From a virus, in the IMG/VR virus record IMGVR_UViG_3300018757_000030: a DNA stretch of 64,000 bases, one strand, 5' to 3'. A program made the position numbers and the translations under genes. Numbering within the stretch: the stretch's first letter is position 1; each line of letters begins with the position of its first letter. The notes beneath the pieces are model-generated. The model was not told the DNA's origin. It saw only the letters and a list, made by a program, of their open reading frames with translations, and did no database searches. Below are positions 16,178 to 24,046 of the stretch, piece by piece.

Positions 16178-16656
16178 CGAATACTCAACCCACTTTCACC
16201 GTCCACCAATTCGACTCCATGGACCTTTTCTCCTGACTTCAACAACTCCATAACGGCAGTCTTATCCACTTCTTTTTTAACTCGTACTAACTCAGATGGC
16301 ACGGCATCAATGTTGGTGACTTCCACTCGTTTGCGCGGTTTGGTGATCGAGACGGTAAACAGCATACTCTTGTGCTTATCCAGGCCAATACTCAACATGC
16401 CGGACTTCATTGCCTCTTTAAGTCGAACTACTTGGTTATCAAGCGATGTCTTCCGTTGAGACAGACGAACAGTCTCGTTCTTGATCGCTTCAGCTTCAGC
16501 CTCAAGCGTTTTAATTACTTTGCAGTAACCATCCAACTTATCAGAAATAGCACCTTCCATACCCTGAAGCATGGCTGTATAATCAACGCCTTCGCCGCCC
16601 TCCTGGGCAAGCTCCAGCAAATCACGGTATTGTTCCGTCATATCGTATAAGTTCAT
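16174..16656 (-). CDS. Siphovirus Gp157-family protein
   Basis: MNLYD, EGAISDKLDGY..IKTLEAEAE.IK.E..RL..RK, VDK..LKSG..V.GVEL. Confidence 0.88.
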   Translation of the reverse strand: MNLYDMTEQYRDLLELAQEGGEGVDYTAMLQGMEGAISDKLDGYCKVIKTLEAEAEAIKNETVRLSQRKTSLDNQVVRLKEAMKSGMLSIGLDKHKSMLFTVSITKPRKRVEVTNIDAVPSELVRVKKEVDKTAVMELLKSGEKVHGVELVDGESGLSIR

Positions 16657-16661
16657 AGGTC

Positions 16662-16755
16662 TTTACAACCTCCTAAAAAATGTGATATTGTGACCGTAAG
16701 AAAATTTTATAAACGACTTTTCAATGATCATGGTTGCCGCCGTGATCATTTTTCG
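16662..16755 (+). ncRNA. Candidate short antisense RNA (promoter plus terminator)
   Basis: TTTACA-N18-TATTGT with TG extension (16662-16691); hairpin AATGATCA..TGATCATT followed by TTT (16723-16755). Confidence 0.4.
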
Positions 16756-16912
16756 TTTCCAGTTCAATTTGCAATTGCTTTAGATCGTCCGTAATCGGAT
16801 CGAGCAGCGCGGTTATAAGTTGCTGGGCATCAATGTTGCCATACTTGGTTGGACGCTTCTGACACTCCTGCAATTCCTCAAGAAATGTTATAGCTCTTTG
16901 CAATTGCCTCAA
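16721..16912 (-). CDS. Hypothetical protein
   Basis: TTG start after SD ggggag; shortened from the ORF track. Confidence 0.55.
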   Translation of the reverse strand: MRQLQRAITFLEELQECQKRPTKYGNIDAQQLITALLDPITDDLKQLQIELETKNDHGGNHDH

Positions 16913-17090
16913 GGCTCTCCCCTCCCCGGATCCGTCTTCTGATTTCATCGTAAGTGTCGTATTGCGCGTCACTACTAAAAATGAATTTTGGATAAGGACC
17001 GTCTGACTTTCTTCCACCAACGAATGCCAGTGCTTGGATGTCGGCGTATTCTTCGCTTGCTTTGATTCGGTAACCAAGGTTCATCTTCAA
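16878..17090 (-). CDS. Hypothetical protein
   Basis: SD gagg; co-oriented. Confidence 0.65.
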   Translation of the reverse strand: MKMNLGYRIKASEEYADIQALAFVGGRKSDGPYPKFIFSSDAQYDTYDEIRRRIRGGESLEAIAKSYNIS

Positions 17091-17208
17091 TCGTCCTCAC
17101 TTCCACATAGACATTGCAGTCAATGGCATCCAGCATGCACTTTTGACAGTGCGGTTGTTCGTAAACAATGTACTTCGCTTCATTCGGGCATCCTTCACAC
17201 TTGATCAC
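16975..17208 (-). CDS. Zn-finger hypothetical protein
   Basis: GTG after SD gaggtg; CEGC..HCQKC. Confidence 0.5.
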   Translation of the reverse strand: MIKCEGCPNEAKYIVYEQPHCQKCMLDAIDCNVYVEVRTIEDEPWLPNQSKRRIRRHPSTGIRWWKKVRRSLSKIHF

Positions 17209-17280
17209 GCCTGTCACCTCGTCTATATAAAGCGACCGGGAGCCAGATGTTAAACAGAAGCCAAGCCGCAATTAGATAGA

Positions 17281-17547
17281 TCATGATTCCTCCCAACCTT
17301 TCGGGACCGATCGACCGTTTGAGTTATTCCTTTTGCAGTCCGGACACAAGGCAGCTACCAGCTTACCCTTCGACTGATTCTTTTTGTTCAAGGTCACTCT
17401 GGTTAATGACTGTGATGACATTCTGCAAGCTTCACACTCTGAAGTTCTTGTCTTTCTTGGAATCCCAAGTCTGGCAAAGTCGTCTGGTGTCAATTTCACG
17501 AATCCGTAAGCAGACTTTTCAATAGCCTTCATTTCCTGGATCCACAT
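17281..17547 (-). CDS. Zn-ribbon hypothetical protein
   Basis: MWIQEMK..CEAC..CPDC. Confidence 0.6.
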   Translation of the reverse strand: MWIQEMKAIEKSAYGFVKLTPDDFARLGIPRKTRTSECEACRMSSQSLTRVTLNKKNQSKGKLVAALCPDCKRNNSNGRSVPKGWEES

Positions 17548-17548
17548 A

Positions 17549-17656
17549 TCATTTGCTCCATTTCTTCTTGGTTTCATAAGCCGCATACTGTAGAGCTGAC
17601 AACTTCTCGCCAGATGTTAGAGCGTTCCATGCTTTCACGATAATGTTCATTTCCAT
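17549..17656 (-). CDS. Small protein (35 aa, not in ORF track)
   Basis: SD aagggag; MEMNIIVKAWNALTSGEKLSALQYAAYETKKKWSK. Confidence 0.5.
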   Translation of the reverse strand: MEMNIIVKAWNALTSGEKLSALQYAAYETKKKWSK

Positions 17657-17940
17657 TCTCCCTTCTTGGTGAAAGATTCGTCTTTCAGATACTCAATCGC
17701 TCCGCAAATATCATGCAACCAATCCGAATCACCAGCCGTATAAGCTACCATAGACAAGTTACTTAGCTCATCTAAGGTGCGGATGATCTCAAGATTCTGC
17801 ATCAGATACGGCGCTAACACTCGAAGTGTTAATTCATCAATGATCAAGTTGCCTTTCTTATCCATGTTCAGAAACGTTACTTCGGCTAATTTACGATGGC
17901 TAGGATGGATAGCTAAGTCTTTCATGGGACCACTCTCCAT
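17647..17940 (-). CDS. Hypothetical protein
   Basis: IHPSHRKLAE..NL..LDELSNLS..AY..GD.DWLH.IC. Confidence 0.7.
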   Translation of the reverse strand: MESGPMKDLAIHPSHRKLAEVTFLNMDKKGNLIIDELTLRVLAPYLMQNLEIIRTLDELSNLSMVAYTAGDSDWLHDICGAIEYLKDESFTKKGEWK

Positions 17941-17949
17941 TTCCTTGGA

Positions 17950-18690
17950 TTAAACTAGCGTGCCAATCGACAGTTCCTTTACGATCGTTGTATAGATTTC
18001 TTTCAACCGTGCATCAGCTTCAATCACGTCCAACCGGTTCGTTTCGTTGATCTTCGTTTTGGTATGTCCCGAGTCAGCCAAACGTTCACGGAGATTTGCA
18101 AGGCGGCGGTTAAGATCGCATTTCCCTCGTTCTTCAAGAAGTTGATAACTATCGGTTCTGATTTCCTTGAAGCTCCTACCGGATCTCCGAGCGGCCCCGT
18201 TAAGCATTCCGTTAATCTTCTGCCTCCAGTTATCGTCACGTTGCAGGAAAGTTTCCTTGATGGTCGTGAGCTGCTGTTCATGCTCCCGTTGTTTCTGCTC
18301 GATCTGCAATTGACGGTGTTCCATGGCGATCAGTAGTTGAAGCTGTGGGCTTAGGCCGGTTAGGTCGATTGACTGAGCCTTTTCCATTTCTTCAAACTTG
18401 GTTACATAAGCTGCTGTAAAAAGCACGCCTTTCTCTCCGGTCATCTTATTGGCTACCATGTCACAGCCCCTACGAGTAATGAGATAATGAGGCCGACCTT
18501 CTTTTTTGGCGTCAATGTATGTTGACTCAACGAAGAAATCCAACGAACGGAACTTTCCGTTGGTTAAATGCTTGATGTAACCACCGATCCGTTCCAGCAA
18601 ATCAGAGTGACGAACACCGATCATCTCCGCCACATCCCGACTATCTACAAGCAGTTGACCGTTTTGGTTTATCACCTGTAATTGATTCAT
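17950..18690 (-). CDS. Rha-family antirepressor
   Basis: VDSRDVAEMIG..HSDLL..I, FFVESTY, YLITRRGCDMVANKMTGEKG..FTAAYV..FEEME; start moved to ATG 18690. Confidence 0.9.
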   Translation of the reverse strand: MNQLQVINQNGQLLVDSRDVAEMIGVRHSDLLERIGGYIKHLTNGKFRSLDFFVESTYIDAKKEGRPHYLITRRGCDMVANKMTGEKGVLFTAAYVTKFEEMEKAQSIDLTGLSPQLQLLIAMEHRQLQIEQKQREHEQQLTTIKETFLQRDDNWRQKINGMLNGAARRSGRSFKEIRTDSYQLLEERGKCDLNRRLANLRERLADSGHTKTKINETNRLDVIEADARLKEIYTTIVKELSIGTLV

Positions 18691-18703
18691 TTCATTGCTC
18701 CCT

Positions 18704-18937
18704 TCATGCAAATTGTTGAATCTTCTCCTGCTTTCTTGATTCGATCCAGCGGATAAAGTCATTTTTATCCGCCCGTTTCGAATTCCCAATCTCAAAGTTA
18801 GGGATCCCCCCAACCTCTGGACTCGTTTGAAATAGTGAGTAAACCGTGCTTCTTGAGATACCCAAATAACTTGCGATATGCTGAGCCGCCAAGATATCAG
18901 GCAATTCATCGAGTGTTTTTGGTCGCTGGTTGTTCAT
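18704..18937 (-). CDS. Excisionase-like HTH DNA-binding protein
   Basis: LPDILAAQHIASYLGISRSTVY..IPNFEIG..KR..K..F..W; ATG 18937 after SD aaggggtg. Confidence 0.8.
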   Translation of the reverse strand: MNNQRPKTLDELPDILAAQHIASYLGISRSTVYSLFQTSPEVGGIPNFEIGNSKRADKNDFIRWIESRKQEKIQQFA

Positions 18938-18950
18938 GTTCTCACCCCTT

Positions 18951-19205
18951 TCAAGAAACCACTTTTTTTCTGACAAGTTCACTAAAAGAGACCTCATCAC
19001 CAAAAAAAATATAGTTTTGCGACCGATTGTAGACTTGCTCGATTTTCTTGATGTGTTGGTACGAGATGTTACTGGAATCTTGCTCCCAGCCCCGAAGAGT
19101 CGGAACACTAACACCGATGAGTTCTGCTGCTTCCCCCTGGGTGTAGCCAAACTTAACCCGAAGAGAGCGCAAGGTGTCTTTCAAGACAAGTGGAATGTCA
19201 CTCAA
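18951..19205 (-). CDS. Cro-like XRE HTH regulator
   Basis: LRSLRVKFGYTQGEAAELIGVSVPTLRGWE; divergent from the repressor. Confidence 0.88.
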   Translation of the reverse strand: MSDIPLVLKDTLRSLRVKFGYTQGEAAELIGVSVPTLRGWEQDSSNISYQHIKKIEQVYNRSQNYIFFGDEVSFSELVRKKVVS

Positions 19206-19230
19206 AGTTATCCCTCCCTTCTCGTTTTCT

Positions 19231-19259
19231 ATATTAGGACTCTTTTAGTGAACTGTCAA
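19231..19259 (-). promoter_or_regulatory. Lytic (cro) promoter with operator in the spacer
   Basis: TTGACA-gttcactaaaagagtcc(17)-TAATAT. Confidence 0.85.
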
Positions 19260-19301
19260 CACCTTAATTCCTCTTTTAGAAAACATTTTTTCTAAAATGT
19301 A

Positions 19302-19330
19302 TTGCAAAAGTTCTCTAATAGATATACTAT
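19302..19330 (+). promoter_or_regulatory. Repressor/integrase promoter with related operator in the spacer
   Basis: TTGCAA-aagttctctaatagata(17)-TACTAT. Confidence 0.8.
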
Positions 19331-19365
19331 TACAGAGGAAGCGATTTTTTGAGGAGGAACCAGAA

Positions 19366-19995
19366 GTGACGGATCACGATGTAAAAAAAATATTTGCTAA
19401 GAACATACTCAAACTCAGAAAAAACAAAAACCTAACTCAAAAAGAACTTGGAGAAGCGTTGGAACTTGGAAAAACAACAATCTCCCAGTGGGAATCAGCT
19501 CAGAAATTACCTAACGCCGGCAGCATAGAAAAAATCGCCGCGTTCTTCAACATACCTAAGAGCACACTTTTCGAAGAAGGAAACGGACAATTCACGTCTT
19601 ATGGCCACCTAATTAACCTGCCGGTAGTGGGTAAGGTATCATGTGGAAATGGTGTTATTGCCTACGAAGAGATCGAAAGTTACGAACCAACTCCTGAGGA
19701 TTGGGTTTCTGGAGGCGAATACTTTTACTTGGTCGCTGAAGGGGATAGCATGACCGGGGCCAGAATTTATGATGGTGATCTTGTATTGATACGCCGTCAA
19801 GAAGAAGTCGAAGACGGGGATATTGCAGCTGTGCTTATTGATGAAAATGTGTTCTTAAAACGAGTTTACAAGCAGAACGATGCTTTGATTTTGCAATCCG
19901 AAAACCCTAATTTCCCACCGATTGTTGCTGATCCTAAAAATGACAGCATCATCCGCGTTATTGGAAAACTAAAGAAAGCGATTATTAATTTCTAA
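19366..19995 (+). CDS. CI-like repressor (XRE HTH plus S24 autopeptidase)
   Basis: LRKNKNLTQKELGEAL..ISQWE; GKVSCG cleavage loop, GDSM serine, LKRV lysine; GTG 19366 after SD gaggagg. Confidence 0.93.
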   Translation: MTDHDVKKIFAKNILKLRKNKNLTQKELGEALELGKTTISQWESAQKLPNAGSIEKIAAFFNIPKSTLFEEGNGQFTSYGHLINLPVVGKVSCGNGVIAYEEIESYEPTPEDWVSGGEYFYLVAEGDSMTGARIYDGDLVLIRRQEEVEDGDIAAVLIDENVFLKRVYKQNDALILQSENPNFPPIVADPKNDSIIRVIGKLKKAIINF

Positions 19996-20009
19996 GGAGT
20001 TGAAAAACA

Positions 20010-21182
20010 ATGGCTTACTTTCGCAAACGAGGGAGTACATGGTATTACACCGTAGATATCGGGAAGGATCCATTGACGGGGGAAAGGAAACAGAAGACTA
20101 AGGGTGGATTCAGAACAAAAAAAGAAGCGCAATTAGCAGCACAAGCAATCGAACAAGAATCTGCTTTCGGAACATACATAGAAGAAAAGGACATCACTTT
20201 TGAAGAATTCGCTAAACAATGGATTGAACTTTACCGGAATAGCGGCAAAGTCAAAATAAGTACCGTTAGAGTTCGGCAACACGAATTAAACAACCTACTA
20301 CCTTATTTCGCAAAACTCAAAATGAATGCAATCACTAAAAAGAAGTATCAAGACGCAATCAATGATCTCAAGAAAAAATTTTCAGATAATACTCTAGAGG
20401 GTATCAACAGCACTGGTAAGATGATATTCAAGAAGGCAGTTCAATTGGATGTGATCAAGACCGATCCAACAACTTATGCTTATGTCCCTAAGACTCAAAA
20501 GACTGTTGAGGAATTAGAAAAAGAAGAAGAGGCCGTGAAATACCTCGAAAAAGAGGAACTAGCATTACTTTTAAAGACAGCTCGCGAAAAAGGTTTGTAC
20601 CAGGATTACATTATTTTTCTTCTTTTATCCTATACAGGCATGCGAGCTGGTGAACTTTGCGCTTTGAAGTGGAAAGACGTTGACTTTGAGGAACATACGA
20701 TCAGCATAACCAAGACTTATTATAACCCTACAAATAATGCAACGAAATTTCAGCTGCTAACCCCCAAAACAGATACATCTAAAAGAGTTATCGAAGTGGA
20801 TGAAGATGTGATAATTGAGTTAGAAAAGCATAAACGTGCTCAAAAAGAACTCATGATGAAGTATCGATTGAACTATTACGATGGTGACTTTGTAATAACT
20901 AAGACAAATAAATACCCAGGGTATCCAGAAATCATTAAGGTGATCGAAAACCGGATGAATCGACTTTTGAAATTAGCCAACTTAAACACCGAACTAACTC
21001 CCCATTCACTCCGCCACACACACACCTCCTTACTCGCAGAAGCCGGTGTCCAACTACATGAAATTATGGAACGACTGGGTCATAAAGACGACACAGTAAC
21101 ACGCGAAGTTTATCTTCATGTAACAAAAACCAAAAAGAAAGAGGCCTCCCAAAAGTTTGCTCAACTAATGAGAAGCCTCTAA
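20010..21182 (+). CDS. int: Tyrosine integrase
   Basis: Arm-binding N-terminus GFRTKKEA; TGMRAGEL, PHSLRHTH, LGH, catalytic Y in REVYLH. Confidence 0.96.
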   Translation: MAYFRKRGSTWYYTVDIGKDPLTGERKQKTKGGFRTKKEAQLAAQAIEQESAFGTYIEEKDITFEEFAKQWIELYRNSGKVKISTVRVRQHELNNLLPYFAKLKMNAITKKKYQDAINDLKKKFSDNTLEGINSTGKMIFKKAVQLDVIKTDPTTYAYVPKTQKTVEELEKEEEAVKYLEKEELALLLKTAREKGLYQDYIIFLLLSYTGMRAGELCALKWKDVDFEEHTISITKTYYNPTNNATKFQLLTPKTDTSKRVIEVDEDVIIELEKHKRAQKELMMKYRLNYYDGDFVITKTNKYPGYPEIIKVIENRMNRLLKLANLNTELTPHSLRHTHTSLLAEAGVQLHEIMERLGHKDDTVTREVYLHVTKTKKKEASQKFAQLMRSL

Positions 21183-21197
21183 AAATATCTTTAATTA

Positions 21198-21445
21198 TGT
21201 GGTCAAAATGTGGTCAACTCACTGACCACGCATATGGAAGTGTTGATGTATCAAGGGTTTAATCCCTTTATTACATCATGCCGCCCATTAAATGTTCGTG
21301 CTGTCATATCGTTTTTTATGGTTTATTACTTCTGAAAAAGCGCATGAAATAAGGGGTTTTCCCACCCCATAACTGTCACATCGTTAAGTACAAAACGATC
21401 AGAAAAATGATTCCGTGGTCAAATTGTGGTCAATTGGTGGTCAAT
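21198..21445. other. attP: core TTACATCATGCCGCCCAT (21271-21288) flanked by GTGGTCAA arm sites
   Basis: Core reverse-complements to ATGGGCGGCATGATGTAA (MGGMM-stop, groEL 3' end); arm repeats at 21199, 21210, 21415, 21426, 21437 (11-bp period) and an inverted copy at 21223. Confidence 0.85.
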
Positions 21446-21455
21446 CACAATATAG

Positions 21456-21481
21456 AAAAGCGCCTATAAAGGCGCTTATTT
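21456..21481. terminator. Bidirectional terminator
   Basis: AAAAGCGCC-TATAAA-GGCGCTTATTT between convergent units. Confidence 0.65.
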
Positions 21482-21751
21482 ACATTGCTTATATTCATTG
21501 ACGGACAATCGTAATCCATCTTCAAAACCACTACGATAAGCAAATCGGATGATCTGACATTTCTTATTGTACACACTTTGGAGTTCGTTGATTATACCGA
21601 GATTCCTCCCGTTCAACAAACACTCCAGGACATCCAACGCATTTGAAAATTCCTCGTCTATTTCATGAACCTGACCCTTTAAAGCTTTTTTGGTGAATGA
21701 CTCAACGTTAAGTTTAACTAGCTTTTCCAATTCATCAGAGCACATAGACAT
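21476..21751 (-). CDS. Hypothetical protein
   Basis: SD aaggggg; ends in an AYRSGFEDG-type motif. Confidence 0.65.
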   Translation of the reverse strand: MSMCSDELEKLVKLNVESFTKKALKGQVHEIDEEFSNALDVLECLLNGRNLGIINELQSVYNKKCQIIRFAYRSGFEDGLRLSVNEYKQCK

Positions 21752-21777
21752 CCCCCTTGTCTTGTTGTGTCGCGTTG

Positions 21778-21806
21778 TTTACTATCCCATTTCCTCGTGG
21801 TACAAT
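21778..21806 (+). promoter_or_regulatory. sigma-A-type promoter for the HTH gene
   Basis: TTTACT-N17-TACAAT with TG extension. Confidence 0.65.
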
Positions 21807-21848
21807 TTACCTCTAGATCACCGCCCTTGAAAGGAGTACTTTTGAAGA

Positions 21849-22073
21849 TTGAAAAAAATCTCCCGAGGGAGATGCTTGCTCGGTGACCTGATCGATTCGC
21901 GTGGTTGGACGCACGAATATTACGCTTCAATATCAGGTCGGTCAGCTCGTATGATATCTTATTTTTGTCGCAATCAGCGTACGATGTTGCCAGAAGATAT
22001 TTATGTAGCTACCCTGATTTTTAAATGCGATATAACGGATATCTATGAGTTCATAGAGCAGGATGCGGAATGA
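21849..22073 (+). CDS. Small XRE-type HTH protein
   Basis: SD aaaggag, TTG start; GRCLLGDLI..RGWT..YA..SGRS..MIS.F. Confidence 0.7.
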   Translation: MKKISRGRCLLGDLIDSRGWTHEYYASISGRSARMISYFCRNQRTMLPEDIYVATLIFKCDITDIYEFIEQDAE

Positions 22074-22191
22074 GCTTCCGCACTCCCCCGGGCTCGTCCG
22101 AACAAATTGTTCGTTGTTAAATTATACCTCCCCATGTCACTTCTGTGTGTCGGAATATGTCGTATTAGCGTTTGGAAAAATATAACTCAAA

Positions 22192-22389
22192 TTATCCAAG
22201 CCTGTTACGCTCCGTCACAATCCACCCCGTTCCGATATTTGCTCGTTCAACATAGTATTCATGTACCCCTTTTTCCGTCAGAAGATCAACATAACATGGT
22301 GAGCTGATTTGGTCCTGGTAACTTAGGATCACCTCTTTTGCATCCTTTAGTTTTGTAAGCGTTTTACTAGGAAAAGAATACTTGTTCAT
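22192..22389 (-). CDS. Hypothetical protein
   Basis: ATG 22389 after SD aggag (MNKYSF). Confidence 0.55.
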   Translation of the reverse strand: MNKYSFPSKTLTKLKDAKEVILSYQDQISSPCYVDLLTEKGVHEYYVERANIGTGWIVTERNRLG

Positions 22390-22452
22390 ATTATGTCTCC
22401 TCACCCTTGATGTTAAGTTAATGTTACCATCTGTATTCATATTTAAAAAGAC

Positions 22453-22497
22453 TTGAATTCATAATTATGCACATTGTATCATGGAAACATACGTTCG
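22453..22497 (+). promoter_or_regulatory. Promoter with Firmicutes LexA (SOS) box
   Basis: TTGAAT-N18-TATCAT, then GAAACATACGTTCG (22484-22497), 12/14 to CGAACRNRYGTTCG. Confidence 0.6.
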
Positions 22498-22517
22498 TAT
22501 AGATGGAGGCGTGTTAG

Positions 22518-22928
22518 ATGGGTATAGCGGAAGCAATCACAAACGAAGACCGTCACTATGTAAAACGATACATTATATTACCTATGATCATAACGGCATT
22601 TGAACGTGATAGCCGGTATATACAGGAGCAGCTAAAGACACCGGGTCCATATGTGGATGTTATTAAGGGGGCAATCGATCGAGCTCACAAGGATTTGATG
22701 GAGGTCAAGAAACATTTTTGGATAAAAGGGATCAAAGTGTACGAAGAGGTTAACACCGAGGTCGGCAGGAGAGCTAAGTTTATGTGTCGTGGATATACAT
22801 CATTTATGGAGCTTAGATGGGAGTATATATCAGCGGAGGCTTCTGTGATGATGCGCAAATATTTGGGACTGGACATATCGTCCTTTTACGATCCAACATT
22901 AGCGGAGCATATGAGGGAGAAATATTGA
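22518..22928 (+). CDS. Hypothetical protein, probably SOS-inducible
   Basis: SD ggagg; 136 aa; downstream of the LexA box. Confidence 0.75.
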   Translation: MGIAEAITNEDRHYVKRYIILPMIITAFERDSRYIQEQLKTPGPYVDVIKGAIDRAHKDLMEVKKHFWIKGIKVYEEVNTEVGRRAKFMCRGYTSFMELRWEYISAEASVMMRKYLGLDISSFYDPTLAEHMREKY

Positions 22929-22930
22929 AC

Positions 22931-22995
22931 AAAAAAAAGAAGCCCCACCAGCGCGTAGCATAGCAGGGCTTCTCTTACCGATGCTTTCGGTTTTG
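22931..22995 (-). ncRNA. Candidate stand-alone sRNA (~65 nt)
   Basis: Near-consensus promoter directly upstream; ACCGA-AAGCA-TCGGT hairpin, then terminator GAAGCCC..GGGCTTC-T8; no ORF. Confidence 0.55.
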
Positions 22996-22999
22996 TTTA

Positions 23000-23028
23000 A
23001 TTATAATTCATTTGGGACAATTTGTAAA
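23000..23028 (-). promoter_or_regulatory. Strong sigma-A promoter of the sRNA
   Basis: TTTACA-aattgtcccaaatgaat(17)-TATAAT. Confidence 0.7.
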
Positions 23029-23031
23029 CTG

Positions 23032-23259
23032 CTATTGTTTATCTTTGTAGCCTGTTCCCTCTTTAGGATTAGAGATGATGCCAAGCAGCACCAGGAGGCC
23101 GAGAACGGCCACTGCAAGCGCCATGATCTTGGTGTTCAGCTCCTCCGTTAAGGTGAATCCGAATATATCTCCAGATGCTTGTACAACCAGAAGTACGGCT
23201 GCTACGATCGACACCCACAAACCATAGTTTCTCCATTTACTATTTTTCACTTTAAACAT
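23032..23259 (-). CDS. Second holin-like membrane protein
   Basis: KWRNYGLWVSIVA, two TM helices, LLVLLGIISNP; follows the lysin. Confidence 0.75.
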   Translation of the reverse strand: MFKVKNSKWRNYGLWVSIVAAVLLVVQASGDIFGFTLTEELNTKIMALAVAVLGLLVLLGIISNPKEGTGYKDKQ

Positions 23260-24046
23260 CTCCTCTCTTAATTAGCAAACCGCCGCGCGCCAGAACAGTT
23301 AACATGCGGTAGAACTCATAACTGCTTGGGCTTTTCGTTGAGATCAGGCCGGCATTAAATGCTTCATTGACTGCATCTTCAGCCCAGCTTGGCACGTCCA
23401 TTTTTTGAAGCCTTTCAAGCTCCTCAATGCGGGCCCGTTGATTTTTCAATGCTGCCCCCTGTTCTTGAATGCCCTTCTTCAAAACTTTGTTGCTGTTCTC
23501 GAGGCTGGCGACTTTGCGCTCTAGTGCCTCGAAAGCCGCCTTTTCTGCTGCGTTCATGCCCTCAACCCTTTCTGGTTTCTTGTCCAAGTCATCCCTGAAT
23601 TTATCCATATCGATTACCGGACATGCTTTCCATGCATACCCTGGATACTCGCTATGGCCCTTGATTTGCTGTGCAGATGGAATTGTTTTGCGGAGCTGCC
23701 GGACAATATCGAGAGTTGCCTCGTACTGTTCCGGTGTCGGCTTCTGCGTTCTAAAGTCTCCAATCATACACACGCCAATCGCGTGTTTGTTGCTGTTTCC
23801 CACATGATAAGTAACAACTTCGGGATCCCAGCATTTATAGACCGTACCGTCACGCTGGACCACGAAGGCATAGGCGATTCCGGGCCATCCATTTGTGTTA
23901 ACGTGATAGTTCGCAAAAGCTTCTGGTGAGCCGGTTATGGTCAAAGAATGATGTATGGCTATCGATCGGATATCCGATAACCATCGCGTCTTATATCGCT
24001 TTGTCTTGTGAGTCGGTAGTTTGCCCCTCAGATCCACCAGTTTCAT
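23252..24046 (-). CDS. N-acetylmuramoyl-L-alanine amidase endolysin (Amidase_2)
   Basis: IAIHHS, WPGIAYAFVV..DG, HVGNSN..IGVC.IGDF, GHSE, ACP; C-terminal coiled coil plus PSWA segment. Confidence 0.92.
   Translation of the reverse strand: MKLVDLRGKLPTHKTKRYKTRWLSDIRSIAIHHSLTITGSPEAFANYHVNTNGWPGIAYAFVVQRDGTVYKCWDPEVVTYHVGNSNKHAIGVCMIGDFRTQKPTPEQYEATLDIVRQLRKTIPSAQQIKGHSEYPGYAWKACPVIDMDKFRDDLDKKPERVEGMNAAEKAAFEALERKVASLENSNKVLKKGIQEQGAALKNQRARIEELERLQKMDVPSWAEDAVNEAFNAGLISTKSPSSYEFYRMLTVLARGGLLIKRGDV

Larger units (their letters stand above)
1..21051. repeat. Direct repeat, copy 1 of 21,051 bp
   Basis: aactcacagatcattacg at 1 and at 42950; all ORFs recur with constant offset 42,949; spot checks identical. 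Confidence 0.97.

Noticed and set aside
19297-19365. ORF-track N-terminal extensions of the repressor (also Rha 18691-18909, xis 18938-19150, dut, MCP, portal)
   Set aside because: The extensions overlap promoters or neighbouring genes; SD sequences support the downstream starts used here.
20690-20702. LexA-like GAACATACGATC inside the integrase gene
   Set aside because: Within coding sequence, mismatched, with no nearby promoter.
21198-21445. GTGGTCAA repeats as a mini CRISPR or iteron array
   Set aside because: 8-9-bp units with 3-bp gaps flanking an att core next to int match integrase arm sites; there are no spacers and no cas genes.
19366-22928. Arbitrium (AimR/AimP) or ImmA-type lysogeny control
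   Set aside because: No TPR receptor, signal-peptide pro-peptide or HExxH metallopeptidase near the repressor or integrase; the repressor has its own S24 domain.
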